The position numbers and the translations under genes are program-made. Shown piece by piece: positions 55,701-64,000 of a stretch of 64,000 nt of DNA (within the stretch, counting starts at the first letter, position 1; every line of letters starts with the position of its first letter). Source of the stretch: Octopus sinensis (lineage: Eukaryota); NCBI RefSeq assembly GCF_006345805.1, contig NC_042999.1, forward strand, positions 100,564,001-100,628,000, read 5' to 3'. Below the pieces are notes generated by a model that was given only the letters and a program-made list of their open reading frames with translations, was not told the origin of the DNA and did not search any database.

Positions 55701-56999
55701 AGATTTCTTTTCCACATTTTTTCGGCATTGATGTTTCTTCAACTTTGAAAATGGATAGGAGTTTCATGTTATCAAGCAGTGATTCCAAATTTAATGTTTT
55801 TTCAACGGAAAATAAAGAGATATTGAGAAAAAGAATGAATGAGATACAAAAGCTCGTAGTGTACAATAATGAATAGGATATTTCTGTATGCAAAACCAAA
55901 AGCAGCGATAGCGACAGCAAAGACAATTTTACATCTGAATGAAGAAAAAACTTTAAAAATGTTTTTTATTAGCAATTTTTCTGAGGAGATAGAGTCTATC
56001 CATAGTCTTTCTTAGGAAGCAAAACCATTAGAGTTTTATTTTTTTTCAGTATGCTTGTTTGAAGCGATCACTGCGGAAACAAACTTGCGCAAAATGTAAA
56101 CAAACAGAAAATGGGGGATCAAAGTTTGAAAAATTTGCGAAGCAAATACTGGGTACTGCTGTGGATTTAGTTTTTCATCATCATCGTTTAGCGTTCGCTT
56201 TCCATGCTAGCATGGGTTGGACGGTTCAACTGAGGTCTGGGAAGCCAGAAGGCTGCACCAGGCCCAGTCTGATCTGGCAATGTTTCTATGGCTGGATGCC
56301 CTTCCTAATGCCAACCACTCTGTGAGTGTAGTGGGTGCTCTTTACGTGCCACCGGCACGTTTTTATATAAGGAAAATAATGTTAGTCAGCATGGCTGAGA
56401 ATTTATCATTTCCATACCATAATCAGGGCTGTATGTTATTTTTTGACCGATTTCTTTAGTTCAGTCAAACTTGCGGTGGATTCCGGTATTTCAGCTTATT
56501 TCACCTTTATGGTACACCTATTCTGTTGTGCATTAAATTCAACTGATGATCTAGTGATGTGCACAATTCTTCTATCTCAAAATTTTGTTGCATACCCAAT
56601 TGAATATTAGCTGATGATTCATTTTCTATGGTACTGTTTCAACAATATTTTAATATCTTTATTTTTTGTTCAGTTTACCTGGATTTACCTGTAATTAAAG
56701 TCACTTTAAGACAAAAGTTATGCAACAGAATTGATTACAAACTCTTTCTTTAATTATGTTTCAAATATCACATTAATATGTTGATAAGTAAAAAAAGTTA
56801 CAGATGTTTAATGAAACTAGTCTAAATTCACGATTATTTTAGAATTTAATTGAAACTCATCAGAGTGTATTTTGGTTAGAAATATAGTAACGAATGGGTT
56901 AACTTCAAAAATATAAAAGTTAACTTAATGTTGCTAAGCATTTTGTCTGATATTTTACCACTTTGGTCAACCTATCTCCTTTATAATAAAATTTATTTA

Positions 57000-57730
57000 G
57001 CAGAAATAGGTACTCCGTCCACATATTCCTCAAAATCCAGGAACTGCAGATATGACATGTACAACAAAAATAGTTTAAGAAATCAGAGAACAATCAAGTA
57101 TATGAACATAGCTTGGGAATTTAAACTTCACAAACAATTCCTAAAATAATTAAACAGGATTGCCAGAAACAACAGAGCAAATACAACTTCAAAGATGACT
57201 GACAGCTTGACAAATGCCCAAAAAAAGGAAACTGGTGGTTTGATAACAGCCATTCAGGAGAATCAGGGTTTCCTAAATAGATATTACAAGAGGTATATTC
57301 TGAAACAATCAGGAATGTAACATATGTGGAGGGTTTGACAAGACTTATCTGCCTTCAAAGTAGCCTCCAGTTGCAGAAAAATGGTACAAAAAATTCCTAG
57401 AGACTTTGGTAGAAAATAAAATGCTGAGATTATCTGGAATATACAAGTATATACAACAAAGAGATAAGAGCAAACCAAACAGCCATCATTATTGACAACA
57501 GATCCAGGTTTTGCACACTAATTGATGTGGTTTACCTAAATGACAAAAACAACTTGGTAAAAGGTAGCTGAAAAACTCTCTAAGTATAAAAACCTTATGA
57601 TAGAAATAGCAAAAATACAAAATATAGGTACATTATATAAGTACTAGTTGTGAATATGATATGGAAATCAGAATTGAAAAATTGCCTGAGATCTTTATTG
57701 GTGAAGTTCAGAAAATAGTAAGCCCTATAA
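57000..57730 (+). mobile_element. Decayed R4/Dong-like (REL endonuclease) non-LTR retrotransposon 3' fragment
   Basis: Broken frames give KKETGGLITAIQEN, EKWYKK.P....NAEIIWNIQVYT.KEIRA.KP, AIIIDNRSRFCTLIDVVYLND, EKLSKYKNLMIEIAKI, matching the PD..D-x-K-x-K-Y-x-L REL signature region. Confidence 0.7.
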
Positions 57731-58241
57731 TCTGTGTAAAATATCTACAAATAAAGAGGGGAAAAAAAACTCATGAATAAATCTACTTTAAAAGCTGTAG
57801 AAAGGCTTTAGAAGAGCAGAGTATGTATCTGTAACAGGATAATAATGGTAATGATGATAATTTCTGACATAGAAAGAAACAAGGCCACAAATTTTGGAGT
57901 AGGGGAGTCAATTAAATTAGTTTTACTAATATTCATGTTTAGAATAGAAAGATGAAAAGCAAAGCCAAACATGGCAAGATTTGAACACAGAACATAGTGA
58001 TGCAACAAAATCCCACAAGGAACTTACTTTAGACACTATGCCATCTGCCATCCAGTCATTGGTCTAATGTTCAAATCCCACAAGTTGATTTTATTTCCAA
58101 CCCTTGCATGGATAATACAATGAGTACCAATAGTAAATAACTGTCACTCTACCCAAAATACATCAGTATCAATACTGGCTTTATGACCAAAAAGAGGACA
58201 GGAGGGAAAGGTTTAAAAGAATTAATATTCTTTTAAGAAAT

Positions 58242-63713
<5,472 letters not shown>

Positions 63714-64000
63714 CTAAAAAGATAAAGAGGATTAAAAATAGAAATAATAATAAAGTTTACTTCAAGATTCAAAAGATAACAGAACTATCCCCAACACAAG
63801 ATCTTCATTCAATCCTTGCAGTTATATTTGAGCTATTAGTAGCTGAATCTATCAGAAGTATTGGTTAGTAAGGTCACCTGTTTTAAGTATAAGACACTCT
63901 ACACATGACATAAAATGATGTTTGCAGGACTAACTTCTCATAACTTACGTAATCTTAGGTAACTCATTATGAGTTACATTTTTAGTTATAACACATATAC

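Overview
AT-rich, repeat-dense eukaryotic genomic DNA. The repeat families (tRNA-derived SINEs, RTE LINE tails ending in (GAT)n) look like those of octopus/cephalopod genomes; that assignment is inference. Two protein-coding genes could be assembled by hand on the minus strand with GT-AG introns and consistent phases. One is a complete EXOC3/Sec6 (23 coding exons, 47663 to 9641, 2271 nt = 756 aa + stop, plus a probable 5'UTR exon ending at 49772). The other is the last six exons of MSH2 (63713 to 58242, 249 aa + stop). A third, unidentified minus-strand gene probably starts at about 3.2-3.4 kb (MSSKKSK, then a splice donor) and leaves the window. Introns and intergenic DNA hold many RTE fragments and SINEs, a decayed mariner with both TIRs, a Helitron 3' fragment with a broken PIF1-family helicase, TTAA-flanked piggyBac-like MITEs, a Gypsy gag remnant, an R4/Dong-like remnant and Penelope-like pieces with degenerate hammerhead-ribozyme-like motifs. 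Most ORFs in the supplied track are spurious. No new biological system can be demonstrated from sequence alone. The best leads are a mirror-symmetric intronic composite with two hammerhead-like motifs (10.4-12.0 kb), an 80-nt pre-miRNA-sized hairpin with a telomere-like loop beside a promoter (3565-3644), a SINE-head/Helitron chimera, inverted retroelement pairs flanking EXOC3 exons (possible ADAR or circRNA substrates) and an unexplained splice-signal-rich island at 54.2-56.5 kb. Repeat boundaries are approximate; exon coordinates were counted by hand.
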